64,000 nt of DNA, from assembly GCA_964019335.1 (NCBI GenBank), contig OZ025665.1:1-64000 (forward strand), given 5' to 3'. The stretch is from Diplonema japonicum. Its lineage: Eukaryota > Protista > Euglenozoa: Diplonemea. A program made the position numbers and the translations under genes. The notes below the pieces were generated by a model. The model saw nothing but the letters and a program-made list of their open reading frames with translations, did not search any database and had not been told where the DNA came from. Below, one piece after another: positions 8,759-19,925 of this stretch (within the stretch, counting starts at the first letter, position 1; every line of letters begins with the position of its first letter).

Positions 8759-11700
8759 CTATCTGGCCAGCGAGCCTTTGGACCTCTTCTTGTGGGGTAT
8801 GGGCCCCACCCGTGCCCTCCCCGACTCGAGCTGCAGCCAAGCCACCGCACTGTTCACCGGGGCCCAGTTCTCCTTGTTGCGCACCTTGACCGTGTCCCGC
8901 ACCAGGTCGTCGCTCCCCAGCTCTTCCATCAACCTGTGCTCCGCCAAGAACTTGAACTGGGGCCCGGTCATCCCCTTGAGCTCACCCCTGCATATGTTGG
9001 CTTCGACCACGGTGCCATCCGCCCCCGTACCCTTCAGATAGATGTAGCCACCCTCCACACAATCCGAGTCAGTACTGGCCGATCGGGCCCGGGCCCGCTT
9101 CTTGTCCTTCTTGCTCCACTTCAGCTCTTCCAGGGTGGGGAGGTCCGTGGCAACCACCTCAGGCCGCCTCTCCCTGTCTTCCTCCTTCTTCCGGGCCAAC
9201 AGCCCAAGGTACCTCTCACGAGGAGGTACCTCTCAGGAGACGTCCTCGAACAACCCCGGGACCGTCACCACCGCTGACTGCAGGTCGACCTCTTCAACAC
9301 CCATCTTCCGCAGATGGTCCTGGACAGTGCGCCTCGTCTCCTTCTCGCAGGGCCCCCTCCCCTCGTAGACGTCGAGGGTGACCTTCCTTCCATCCCTCAC
9401 CCACGCCTTCACTTTGATCAGGTCCTTGACCTTTCCCACTGGGGCCCTTATCCTTGCGTCGCACCTCTCCAAGAACTCACGTAGTGTCACCTTGGTAGCG
9501 CCGGCTCCCGCCGCAATGCCCACTACCCCTTCCTTCCCCGGTGTCGGGTGGTGTCTGCACCCCCGGGTCTGCAACTTGACCACCCTCCATGCCGTTTCCA
9601 GAGTCCCCTTGAGCACGCCACCCTTGAAACGAACAGGTTGCACCGCCGAACACCCACACGCGTACGTGATCTGGAAATCCTGGACCGTCCTCGGGAACTC
9701 GAACTCGCGGTATGTTTCCGACTTCTGCACCTCACAACCCACAATGCGGCTGCGGCGCTCTCCGTCCGACCCACCTTCCAAGCTTGCGAAGTACTGCTTT
9801 ACCATCATGTATCCAAGTCCAGCGATACCAATCTGGCCAGCCATAGCCACCTCCAGTGGAACACCCAGCGACTCGGCCTTCGCAAGAAGCATCTCCTCAG
9901 TCCTCTCCCTTCCAGGGTCCGTTCCTTCTTCAAGGATGATCTCCACCCGGCCCTCGAACTGGATGATGAACTTGAGCAGTCGGTCCCCCGGCCTCGCCCT
10001 CAGTGGCACCATCGCTCTCGGAATTGGGATGCCCATCACCACATCAATCGGGTCAAGCTGAACGAAGTCTCCCCCTACTTCCACCTGCTGTTCCCTTTCC
10101 GGTGCCCCGACTCCCATCAGCTGATCTCCCTCCGGCGTCTGGATCCCACCCCTAGGTGTGTCAGGCCCCGACTGGCTGCCTCCGCTCGGTGCGTTCCCGC
10201 CCTCTTTGGTCCCTTCGGGGGCGTCATCCGCCTGCGGCTTCAGAGTCCTCCCACCGCCCTGTCTCTTCGCAGCTTGTTCCCTACAGAATTCGCTCACGGT
10301 CATCTTCCTCGTAGCAGTTGTCGCACTCTGGTCCCCCTTGTTCGAGTCCCTCTGGGCCTCCGTATCCCCCTTAGGACACTCGTCCAAGGTCTGGTTCACC
10401 GCAGCGTCAGTCGCCCCTTGTCTCTTCCCATCTTCCTGGGCCTTCGGGTCAAGCTCCCCTCCCTGCCCAGCCCTCTCGCTGGATCCTGTTCCGGCCATCT
10501 CCGTGTCTTCTCCTCCCGGCGAGGCTGCTTCGAGTCCTGCTCCCGCTTTCCCTTGTGTTCCACCCTCCACCGGTTCCGCCTTTCGCTGCTGCTGCATTCG
10601 GGCGTCCAGGTCCTTCTTCGTCTGCTCCAGAAGGGCATCCAGCTGGTGGGCCACCGTGATTGGGGGTCCGCCTCCCTGTCCCTTCACTTCCCGGACGACT
10701 CCTCAGCTTCGGTGGTTTTTTCATTGCCGAAGGAGTCCTCTGTGAGGTCAGTGTTGGATTCAGTGTTGGGTTCGTTGTTCGCTTCCTCGTTGTCCTTTTT
10801 TTCCTCTTCGCCGTCCGGTACCGGGGGCCCTGGATCCAACTGTACAGGCCCTTTGACTAACAGCGCCCCTGCTTCGATCTCATCATGGCCGTTGACACCT
10901 CTTGGACCACGCGCCTGTGTATCGAGACTCTGTCCCCGTGAGCCCGCGCAGCTATGCTCCTGGACAGTTTCTTCGTGAGGTAGACTGCTGCCTCCCCGAA
11001 CCCCCCAAAGGTCTCCATCGCGAAAGGTACAAAGGCCACGCGTGTCTTGGCGAGCTCCGCCTCATACTTCTGGCGCTTGTAGTGTTCCGCCTTCGCCGCT
11101 GCGTACCCCGCAGTCTTCGCCGCCTGGTTGACACAAGACTCGTTCCTCGGGTGCACGATGACCACGTCCATAGCCATTGGGCGGGAACCCCCCACCCCAC
11201 CTGGGAAGAACACGTCCGCCGGGCGCTGGGACGACCCCGGGATCAGCCCCGTCTTCTCCATCGTTGCGCTCACCCCGGCCCACTGACAGTGTCTGTGGAT
11301 GGTCTCCTTCACCCGGTCGTGCCTCGCAATCCTGGCGTTGCCGCATCCCTGGGCATGGTCACCCCATACGTCCATCCCCTCAGTCTTGCACCTCGGGTCG
11401 TGGCAGCTCTCACCCTGCTTGTAGACCGGAGCCCCCAACCACCACTTGATCAGAGCCCCAAACTCGTTGTCCGACAGCTGGTTGTAGAAGTCAGGCGTCG
11501 CCGTCAACCACGCCCCCGCATAGTGCATTGACTCCGACATCAACCTCGCTCTCGAGCGTGCATCTGCTTTCGCCAAGAGGTCCTCCAGCGCCTTCTCATC
11601 AAGCACCCTAGAGAGCCACCTCTGGCTGCAGATGTGGGGGGCCTTGGCCACCATGTCGGGTGTAATCTGCATGCCGCCCTTCGTCCTGTTGAACCACTCG

Positions 11701-14700
11701 AGCCAGCTCCCCCATACACCCCCTTCCAGCCCATGTTCGTATTTGGGATCCAGCTCCTTGCACAGCTTCATCGTCGACGCCCTCGAAGCCATGTTGGCCG
11801 CGCGCAGGTGCTCCTGGCAGCTCCTCATCCCAAGCCCACCGACTTTTACGGACAGTTTCGCCTGCTGCCATTCTTTCGACCCGTTCTCGAACTGCATGCC
11901 GCACACCTTCGACATCGTCTTCCGCACCATCTCGTCGAACCTGTGCATGACCCCTCCCACATGCGAGTCTGGGACCACTCTCATGTAAAACACCAGTTTG
12001 CTGTATGAGCTGCAATACCGGAGAAGTGTGTACCCTGTCTGCCTCCCCACCTTGGTCAGCATGTCGAAGTTCTCTTCCAGCGCGTCCAAGCGTTTGTTCA
12101 GAAAGGCTTGCGTGTACTCCGGCGATCCTATCGGCGCCCCCAGGAGCATGAAGTTCCTCTCTTTGTGGAAATTCTCTTCTGTCAGGCCATCGAAGCCTGT
12201 GTCCTCCACTGTCTGGGGGAGGTCGCCACTAACCCATATGAGCTCGCACTTCTGGGGTTTCACTTTCAGCCCTATCATTCCGCTCAGCTCACACAAGATG
12301 TTGTACGCCTTTCTCACTTCATCCACATTCCCCACAAGGACGCCATCGTCCAGGTAGAACTGGAGGATGTCCAGGCTGCAGTCTTCACTTATCTTGTTCA
12401 CCAGGGGTTGGATGGCCAGAGAGAACAGCAGCGGTCCCATCGGGTCCCCCTGTTGCACCCCTTCCTGGGACTTAATCACCTTTCCGTTGTAGTATAATTG
12501 GGAGGGCACCCTGTAGCACCAATCGGCCCACGCATACAGCCCCGACGCTTGCTCATAGGCCTGTGAGCACAGCTGCCTCCGACAAACACTGTTGAAGGCG
12601 TTGGCGTAGTCGATCTTGAGGATCACCTTGTTTTCCTGCTTGTTGCCCCGTTCCCTGTCCACATACTGCCTGATGGTGTGTATAGCCGCCTCCATTCCAG
12701 CAGGGACCGATACCCCCACCTGGCCGCCTTTCTTCAGGTACGAAGAGGCCACTTCCGGAGCGATCTTCTTCACAAGGGATTTCCCCACCAGCCGACGCAG
12801 CACATCCCCAACGGCTATGGGCCGCACGTCCCTGTCGTTCTTCTTGAGGGCCACAAGGTTCGCCCCTGCCATCAGCGGAGCCACCTCCCTAGGGGCCGTG
12901 CCTCTAGCTAATGCGTTGACTGCCCTCGTCACCGACATCAAACAGCCTTGAGACTCAAAAGCTCCGTCCACCGCGTCCTTGATGTGCTGGGCTCTCAGAC
13001 CAGTCGGTCCCGCAGCAGTCCCCCTCGGGAAGTCCCTGATTGCGTCCAGCACTTCTTCTGGCAAGACTTCTACCGCTTCCTTCGTCTTCGCCGGGTTGTC
13101 CCATTGGGGGTGTAGTGGCTCTGGATGTTTGCTCTGCAGCGCTCTCCAGCAATCCTCATTGTCTTCCGCCAGCCCCTGGGCTACAAGCGCCGCGTTTCCT
13201 GCCGAGAACCTCCCTTTGCTGCACAGTTCCGTGGCCCTGGCGACCTTAGAGACCTCGTCGTTCTTAGGTTCCCCCTTCTCACCTGATTCCAGCTTATTCC
13301 AGAGGGCCATGTAATTTCCCTTCTCCCACTCCTCCATCTGGCCTGGACACTCAGCTCCGTCTCCTTGTCCCGCTTCTTCCCTCCCCTCTTCTTCCACAGG
13401 CAGGCTTTGGGGAGCATCGCCACCAGCAGCCAAGCCTCCTCTGTGTTGTCCTTCACCGCTCGGCCCAGAGTGTGCTTAAGGGTAAGCCCCCACAGTCTTT
13501 GAAGGCTCGTCGGGATCGACCCCATGGTCGTGACGTTCATGGCGGCTATGGTTTCCAGGCTGGGTAACTCGGTCCTCGTCGGGGCCGGCGGGGGGGTCGT
13601 GTATTCCCCTTCCCTTCGCACCGCCTTTTTGCACTCGTCGTGGCACCCCTGACCCTTCCACACACAGCCCCTGCACACCAGGCACCTCTCGAGGTCCAGT
13701 CTCCTCAGAACGCTCTCCGGGATCTCATCACTCTCCAGGTGCCCATCCAGGTGACACTTCCATACCCTTGTCGAGTTGAACGGGGTCGTGCTTTTGCACT
13801 TCGACCTAGCGCAGTTCGCCACCGGACAGTACAGGAATTGCTGGTTCCTTGCCCCCATCTGGTCCAACACCCCTGCCTTCCCATATCCAGGGATCGCACG
13901 GTCTATTATGTCCCACTCCCCGATGTCCTCACCCGGGGCCTCGGAGGGTTGCTTACCTGCCTTTTGTAGAGCTACCGATTGGGACTCATCAAGGAGCATC
14001 ATCATCGACTCCTCCTCTCCGACTGCATACTCGTAGTGGTTGCCGTTGTACGCCAGCACCACCACCTTCTCGTGGTCGGAGTTGTACTCCCCTATCATCA
14101 GGACTGGGTTGTTCCCCCCAGCAACCACGAGTATCGTGCGGCCAAACGCTTGTCCTGCGGCTGCCAGGCACAAGTGGTCTCCCCACGTCGCTGCCGTGCC
14201 CATCCCTTCCAAGTACCGGTCCCAACCCTCACTGCAAAACGGGGCATAGTGCTCCTCCCGGTGTTTCATCCATTCTACAACCTCGCTCCTGATGTGGGTG
14301 TGGTCGCCGTAGGCTTCCCCGAGCGAACCGGCCAGGGCGTGGAACATGCAGTTCCCGTCCTTCTCCGTCGATCTCCTCGTCAGCTTGAAGCTCTTCATGA
14401 TCTCGTCCACTGACTTGCCGGCCCTGGGTTGTTTGTCGGGGTTCCACAGATTCCGCTGCCTGTGTAGTGCACAGTGCGTCTGGTTCGACGAGCACGCCGC
14501 AGCACACGTTCCACAGAGGTTCACCTTCATGCTCCTCGCCTGCTCTTGTTTCACAAAATGATGGTGGACCGCATTGAGGTGTTTAACTAGACAGCTTGCC
14601 ACACTGGTGCGGAAAGAGCAGTCTTCCATCCGGCATTGATGTTTGTCTGATCCTTCTTTTTCCCCCTCCTTCTGCGCCTCCATGTGCTCATCATCCAAAT

Positions 14701-16072
14701 CCATGGGGGGAGGGTCACCACCTCCTTGCAACGCGTCCCCTGCCAGCGTCAAGTCCGCAAAGGGGTCCAGGTGTTCGGCCTGAAAGAGCTTATCCTCCGT
14801 CTCAGCTCGTTCCTTCGCCGCTTGCTTGGCGTCCTCCTTCTTTTTTCTGCGTCTTGAGCTTCTAGGCGGGCCCAAGTACACCGGCAGGTAGTGACCTCTC
14901 GATCCGCGTCTTGTCTTCTTCAGCTTTACCGGTCCGAATCTCTGGGTCGGGCCAGCACCAGCTTTCCCCACCATCACTTCCGACATGGCCCAGAGCGACA
15001 TCAGCCCCCCTATCCAAACTGAAGTGCTTCCCACCAGGGTGCCTCCTACCGCTAGCCAAGCGAGCTCCCCGGCGGACCATTCATCCCCTCGGGGCCCCAC
15101 CTGTACCCTTGACCTGCGGGTGGTCCTCCTGTCGCTCCCCGGCCTCTTCCACAACACTGCAGCATGCAGGAAGGAGGGGGCCATCCCGATGCCCGCCCCC
15201 AGCACCTGCCTCACCCCTGGGATCAGCAAGAGGGAGAACAGGGCGACCCAGGCCCACACCCCCAGGTGCTCCCATCTCATCCCTTCCTTGCTGTGTCCCG
15301 TCCGTCTGCGGTGCCTCCTTGCACCGGTTGCAGCCCCAGGTGCCGGGATTCTGGGTGCCAGGGGTTGGGCTCCAGGCGTTCCCACCTCGGTCAGCTTCAG
15401 CCCCATTGCAGGGTCATCTGGCTTCTGTTCCAGGGCGGCCTCGTGTTCCTCTCTGCGGGCCCTCCTCCTCCCTTCTTTCCTCGCACGACGGTGCCTTTTC
15501 TTCTCCTGTCTGGCAGCCTCCCTCGCCCCCTCCCTCGCCTTGGTCCTCTTCTCCCGACGCCTCTGAAGGGCCGTTTCGCTCCTGTGCCTCCTCTTGTTCT
15601 TCTTCCTCTTGGGCGCTGGCTTAGGTTCCCTGCCACCCATGGCAATCCAGGGGGCTCTTTTCTGTCTTCTCACAAGGGTGTGCAGTGGTGCTCTCACGTC
15701 GCTCGCAGCCTCCGCCCCAACCACACCTTGGCAGGCGGTGGGGGCGGGTGCTGGGTCCCCCTGGTTGTTTGAAAAGAAAAAAGGTTCCTTCTTGTTTGTT
15801 TTTTTTTTTTCTTTCCCTTCCACCCTCAAAAAAAGCCCCCGGCCCTTGGGGACCAGGGTGTACACCTCCGTAGAGGGTCCAGAAAAAATGGGGGGCAGAG
15901 AGGGAGGAGCACTACCTTCTCTCGGGCGTGCTGTCTCTCCCTCTGCCTTTTTTTCCTCCGAAGAGGGTCTGTTTTTCACCTCCGTGGAGGGTCCCTCTGG
16001 GGAGGGCTCTAAAAATGAAAAAGGGGGGGACAAATGGGGGGGAGGAACACTACCCTCTCTCGGGGGTGCCAC
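8759..16072 (-). pseudogene. Disrupted polyprotein of element 2
   Basis: ORFs 13181-16072, 10857-13433, 9233-10687 and 8759-9199 join through three 1-nt frameshifts (~13338, ~10865, ~10690) and an in-frame TGA at 9233-9235. The joined protein is collinear with element 1. Confidence 0.82.
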
Positions 16073-16103
16073 CTCTTCCCCTCTCTCTCTATAGGAAAGA
16101 AAA

Positions 16104-16497
16104 GGAAGATAAACAAGTCTACTTTTTTTTTTCTTTCTAAAGGGGGTTTGCCGACTTTGACTTGACCGAAGTTGTCAGGGGTCAACGCAGTTGTGTCGGG
16201 CTTTTCGCGGCCTGGAGTAGGGGGCCGGGGGTGAGGCTGCCCAGCTGGCGTCTGATGTGAGACGCTGGTGGAGCTGAGCGCCGGGACATGGGGGTGGGAG
16301 GAAGGAGAAAAACACCGGACAGCGCGCACAGCAGCAGCAGCACAGCACCGACAACCCACACAGCAACACCACACACGCAGCGTTCGACTGCCTGCCGCCT
16401 ATTTTTTTCTTTTAGGGGGCGGGTTGCTGTAGGTCAGGGGGGGGGGGGGGGGGGGGGTTCCTTCCCTTCCCTTCCCTTCCCTTTCCAATTTTAAAAA
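16104..16497 (-). repeat. Conserved 5' non-coding module, copy 2
   Basis: Matches 5838-6215. Confidence 0.9.
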
Positions 16498-16645
16498 ACC
16501 AAGTGGTTGCTTTATTTCTCGTGCGGGTTTGCGGACTACTCTTGTACTTAGAAACTTTCCGAGGATTGCAAAAGAGGGTCAGTTGTTGACATTTTTTTCC
16601 GGACGAGCTCATATCACGCTCAACATTATATTCACTCCCAGCTTA

Positions 16646-16732
16646 GCTTATAGAGAAATAAGGCCCAGGAGTGACATAATGTACAGGAGTGATATTATGT
16701 TACATTATGTCACTCCTGCACCTATTTTAAGC
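16646..16732. repeat. Palindromic element with 18-bp perfect arms and an internal direct repeat (MITE/transposon-end-like)
   Basis: caggagtgacataatgta (16666-16683) pairs with tacattatgtcactcctg (16701-16718); the spacer is a degenerate copy of the left arm. Confidence 0.8.
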
Positions 16733-17461
16733 CAAACTCCCTAGAAACACAGAAAACTATGGGAAGAAAGCCTAACGCGATGGAGAGGACGTCTCGGAGT
16801 AAATAGATATTTTTTAAAAGGTCGTCTGCGTGGCCTGGCTTGCCCTTTCAGGCTTGGGAGTGAAGTCGTGCCACTTCATGGAGGAGTTTCAGCGGGCATT
16901 TCAGGCGGCTGATGAACTTGGCCTCCGACACGGACTCGACCAGTATAGCACAGCCGCGGCCCCAGCTATAAGGGCATTGCCCCCCCCCCCCCCCCCAGCC
17001 CAGCGCAGTTCACAGTGCCGTTTCCGGACAGACAATTAAGGTACACGGTACCATGACGCAACCCGATTGTGACGTCGGTTCAGCTCCGCAACAGAGCACA
17101 GCAGAGACTACCTTCACTGCTGTCTCACGTATTAGTACTTGACCTCTACAGCTTGCCTGTTGCCACCCACCCACGTTGCTGTCTATGTTCACGTCATAAC
17201 TTCCTTCGGTGTAAACCCGCCCGCCATTTGGTGTTTCCCTGTAAGAGGTAAATCTCGAAAAAGCAAACCAAACCAAAATAAAACGAGTAAAAACTCGATA
17301 AAACTTCAGTGTGCATGGGGGTGCTCACTGTTCCGAGGGAAAAAAAAAAAAGAAAGGACGAAAAGGTCGCATCACTGCCATGAAAAAAACAAAACTCTAA
17401 CAGTATGGCATGTGTGTGTCATAGAGATGGGTGAAAGACACGAGCACACGCACAGTGTCGC

Positions 17462-19843
17462 TCAAAAGCATTCATCTTCGGAGCTTGCGTCGTCACACGA
17501 CAGAGCGGTCGAAGGCGACGAGCATGGACTAGAGGGGACCGAAGAATCCCCTAAGCTGGAGGTGTCATCTGTCCGCTCTAAGGAATCAAGTTCTTTGATG
17601 TAAGTAACGCTCTTCGGAAGATGCTCTTCATTGGCTTCCTCGAGCTCCTGTTGCAAGTCGTAGCCTTCAGCAGTGAAGGTGAGGCACGGGAGCTCGCCAT
17701 TGTACTCGAACAGCTTCCTGATCTCATCAGGAGACCACTTCGAAGGGTTGTGGACGGCTGTCTTGTCGACTAACATATTACTTGACAACTTCATCTTTAG
17801 TAGTTGCCTTTGCAAGATCCTCTCCTCCAAGGTCCCTCTGCACACCAATCTGTATATTTTGCACGGCCTTGTCTGTCCTTCTCGCCATATCCTAGCCACC
17901 GCCTGCAGGTCATTGGCTGGGTTCCAATCCATATCAACAAGTACCAGCCTCGAAGCACCGACAAGATTCAGCCCTACACCGCCTGCCTTGCAGCTGAGGA
18001 GCATCACATCGATGTCGCGCGAGCTGTTGAAAGAATCCACGATGGCCATGCGCTTGGCACTGGGAACCTTCCCATCAAGCCGCTCGCTGCGCAGGCCTGA
18101 CAAGGAACTGGCTATCATATCCAACACTTTCACAGACGATGACACCACGACGCACTTGTGCCCTTGTGACTTGAAGGAGTCAAGGAGGTGCTTTAAAAGA
18201 GGTATCTTTCCTACGTTATCCTTACTACTGATTCCGTTCGCAGCTTTCTGGCACGCTTCGCGTAGGTCGGAGTTGATTGCCTGCTCACCTAAAATGAGAG
18301 AAGGGTGAGTTAGGACCTGCTTAAGAGCAGTTATGGACTGCAAAGGATCAAGCAAGCTCCCTGTAAGGCTCAATATGTGCTTGTATAAATGCTCCTGCAA
18401 AAGTGACGGCTTGAAGAATAACAAAACTTCAGATTTTGGGGGAAGGTGGCTGCTGATGTCGGCAGAAGTCCTCCGCAAGATGTACTGCTCAGTAAGATCC
18501 TTCAGCTTACTCTGCATCGTGTTGCCCGTGACTTGCTGTTCCTTGCTGCATCCTGCTTCTGCCATCTTTGTGATGTGGGACGCGTATTCTTTCAGATACC
18601 CCTTCTTGTCACCAAGGAGACCTGGGTTCACGAAGTCAAGAAGTGAGTAGAACTCAGCAAGGTTGTTCTGCACAGGCGTGCCAGTGATCAAAACTCTCCT
18701 AGTTGTTGGTATTTTTTGCAACACAGTGGAGATCTGTGTGTTAAAACCTTTTAGTCGGTGCCCTTCATCGCACAACAATAAGTCACATGACACATTTGAG
18801 AGTGCGCTGCTGTAGCTTCTGCACATCTCGTAGGACAAAATGAGGACGTTGCACATGCTATTTAGGTTGAAAGTTTTGATCTTCCCTGAAGTGTAGTCTT
18901 TCTTGTCAGCTGCTGCCAACAACGTAGGTTGCGCCCTTGGGTTGTTTCCGAGCCACTTCTTAAACTCTCTGCCCCAGCTTCCAACCAGGCTCGACGGCAC
19001 CACAATGACCACCTTCTTTACGCTACTATGTTTGTTCTTCACATGGGCCTGAATAAGTGAGATGCACTGCAGAGTTTTTCCTAATCCCATCTCGTCAGCT
19101 AGTATGACGCCCCTATAGCCACTCGGCCTGCTAGTGACATCGTACAAAAACTTCACACCTTCCCGCTGATGTGGTCGGAGATGCCTGCCGAGGGGCACAG
19201 CGGGCAGATGGGCCAGCACCTTTCCGTTGCTCTCTTTGAGAATTAAGGTGCCCTCTGGAAGAGTGTCTGGCGTCATCTCAGGTTGAACAGCGGCCTTTTT
19301 TCCACCATGCAGAGGGCGCTTTAGGGAGACTGGCAACCTTTTAACTATGGATGGGGCTGGCGCCGATGGACAAGCGTTAGGAATAGAAGACGTCTGCTTG
19401 GCCCCTACTTCAACAAGGAACGCACCGCACTCAAGTTCATCGCCCATTTCCCATTCCTTGAGACTCTTGAAACTCTTCCCGATAACCTTGTCCGTCTCAT
19501 CATGCAGTGTCAACGTGCGCTCTGCGCACACCATAGTCCCCGGCTCCCAATTCTTGTGCTTCTTACTTGAATTCTTTGCAAAGTTCACCTCATACACGAC
19601 ATCGCCTCCCACACCTGCCTGTCCCACGGCGGGCTGTGGTGCGGCTTCTACGACGGCAGGCCGCTTCCGCCCTTTCAGATTAGGCCTTAACACAGATGCT
19701 TTTGTTTCGTCTTGTTTAGCCTTTTCGCCATCCCCTAAATCAATGTCGATGTCCAGTAGCCCACCCGACTCAGATGCAGATTCACGTGCCTCGACACGCG
19801 GCTTCTTGGCAAATGGCGTCACGAAAGCCTTCCTCTTAAACAT
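17462..19843 (-). CDS. RAD54B: RAD54B/Rdh54-like SNF2 DNA translocase
   Basis: LRPHQREGV, ILADEMGLGKT, CDEGHRLK, TGTPVQNNL, AGGVGLNLVGASRL, WNPANDLQAVARIWREGQ, plus an N-terminal KKHKNWE motif. Likely ATG at 19843. Confidence 0.85.
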   Translation of the reverse strand: MFKRKAFVTPFAKKPRVEARESASESGGLLDIDIDLGDGEKAKQDETKASVLRPNLKGRKRPAVVEAAPQPAVGQAGVGGDVVYEVNFAKNSSKKHKNWEPGTMVCAERTLTLHDETDKVIGKSFKSLKEWEMGDELECGAFLVEVGAKQTSSIPNACPSAPAPSIVKRLPVSLKRPLHGGKKAAVQPEMTPDTLPEGTLILKESNGKVLAHLPAVPLGRHLRPHQREGVKFLYDVTSRPSGYRGVILADEMGLGKTLQCISLIQAHVKNKHSSVKKVVIVVPSSLVGSWGREFKKWLGNNPRAQPTLLAAADKKDYTSGKIKTFNLNSMCNVLILSYEMCRSYSSALSNVSCDLLLCDEGHRLKGFNTQISTVLQKIPTTRRVLITGTPVQNNLAEFYSLLDFVNPGLLGDKKGYLKEYASHITKMAEAGCSKEQQVTGNTMQSKLKDLTEQYILRRTSADISSHLPPKSEVLLFFKPSLLQEHLYKHILSLTGSLLDPLQSITALKQVLTHPSLILGEQAINSDLREACQKAANGISSKDNVGKIPLLKHLLDSFKSQGHKCVVVSSSVKVLDMIASSLSGLRSERLDGKVPSAKRMAIVDSFNSSRDIDVMLLSCKAGGVGLNLVGASRLVLVDMDWNPANDLQAVARIWREGQTRPCKIYRLVCRGTLEERILQRQLLKMKLSSNMLVDKTAVHNPSKWSPDEIRKLFEYNGELPCLTFTAEGYDLQQELEEANEEHLPKSVTYIKELDSLERTDDTSSLGDSSVPSSPCSSPSTALSCDDASSEDECF

Positions 19844-19925
19844 GACTACTGGCACCTGGTGAATTAAACTTTTAAGGGCAGGCCCTTTTAATAAAAGGTA
19901 ACAAATACAAGTGACAACGCGAGAG

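Larger units (their letters stand above)
8619..16497 (-). mobile_element. Non-LTR retrotransposon, CRE-like RLE clade (element 2), near full-length but disrupted; 3' boundary uncertain
   Basis: OTU (KDGNCMF..YNGNHY), Zn fingers, RT (QQGDPMGP, FYLDDG), RLE (RHDRV, RPADV, MDVVIVHP, PFAMETFGG) and the shared 5' module. Confidence 0.92.
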
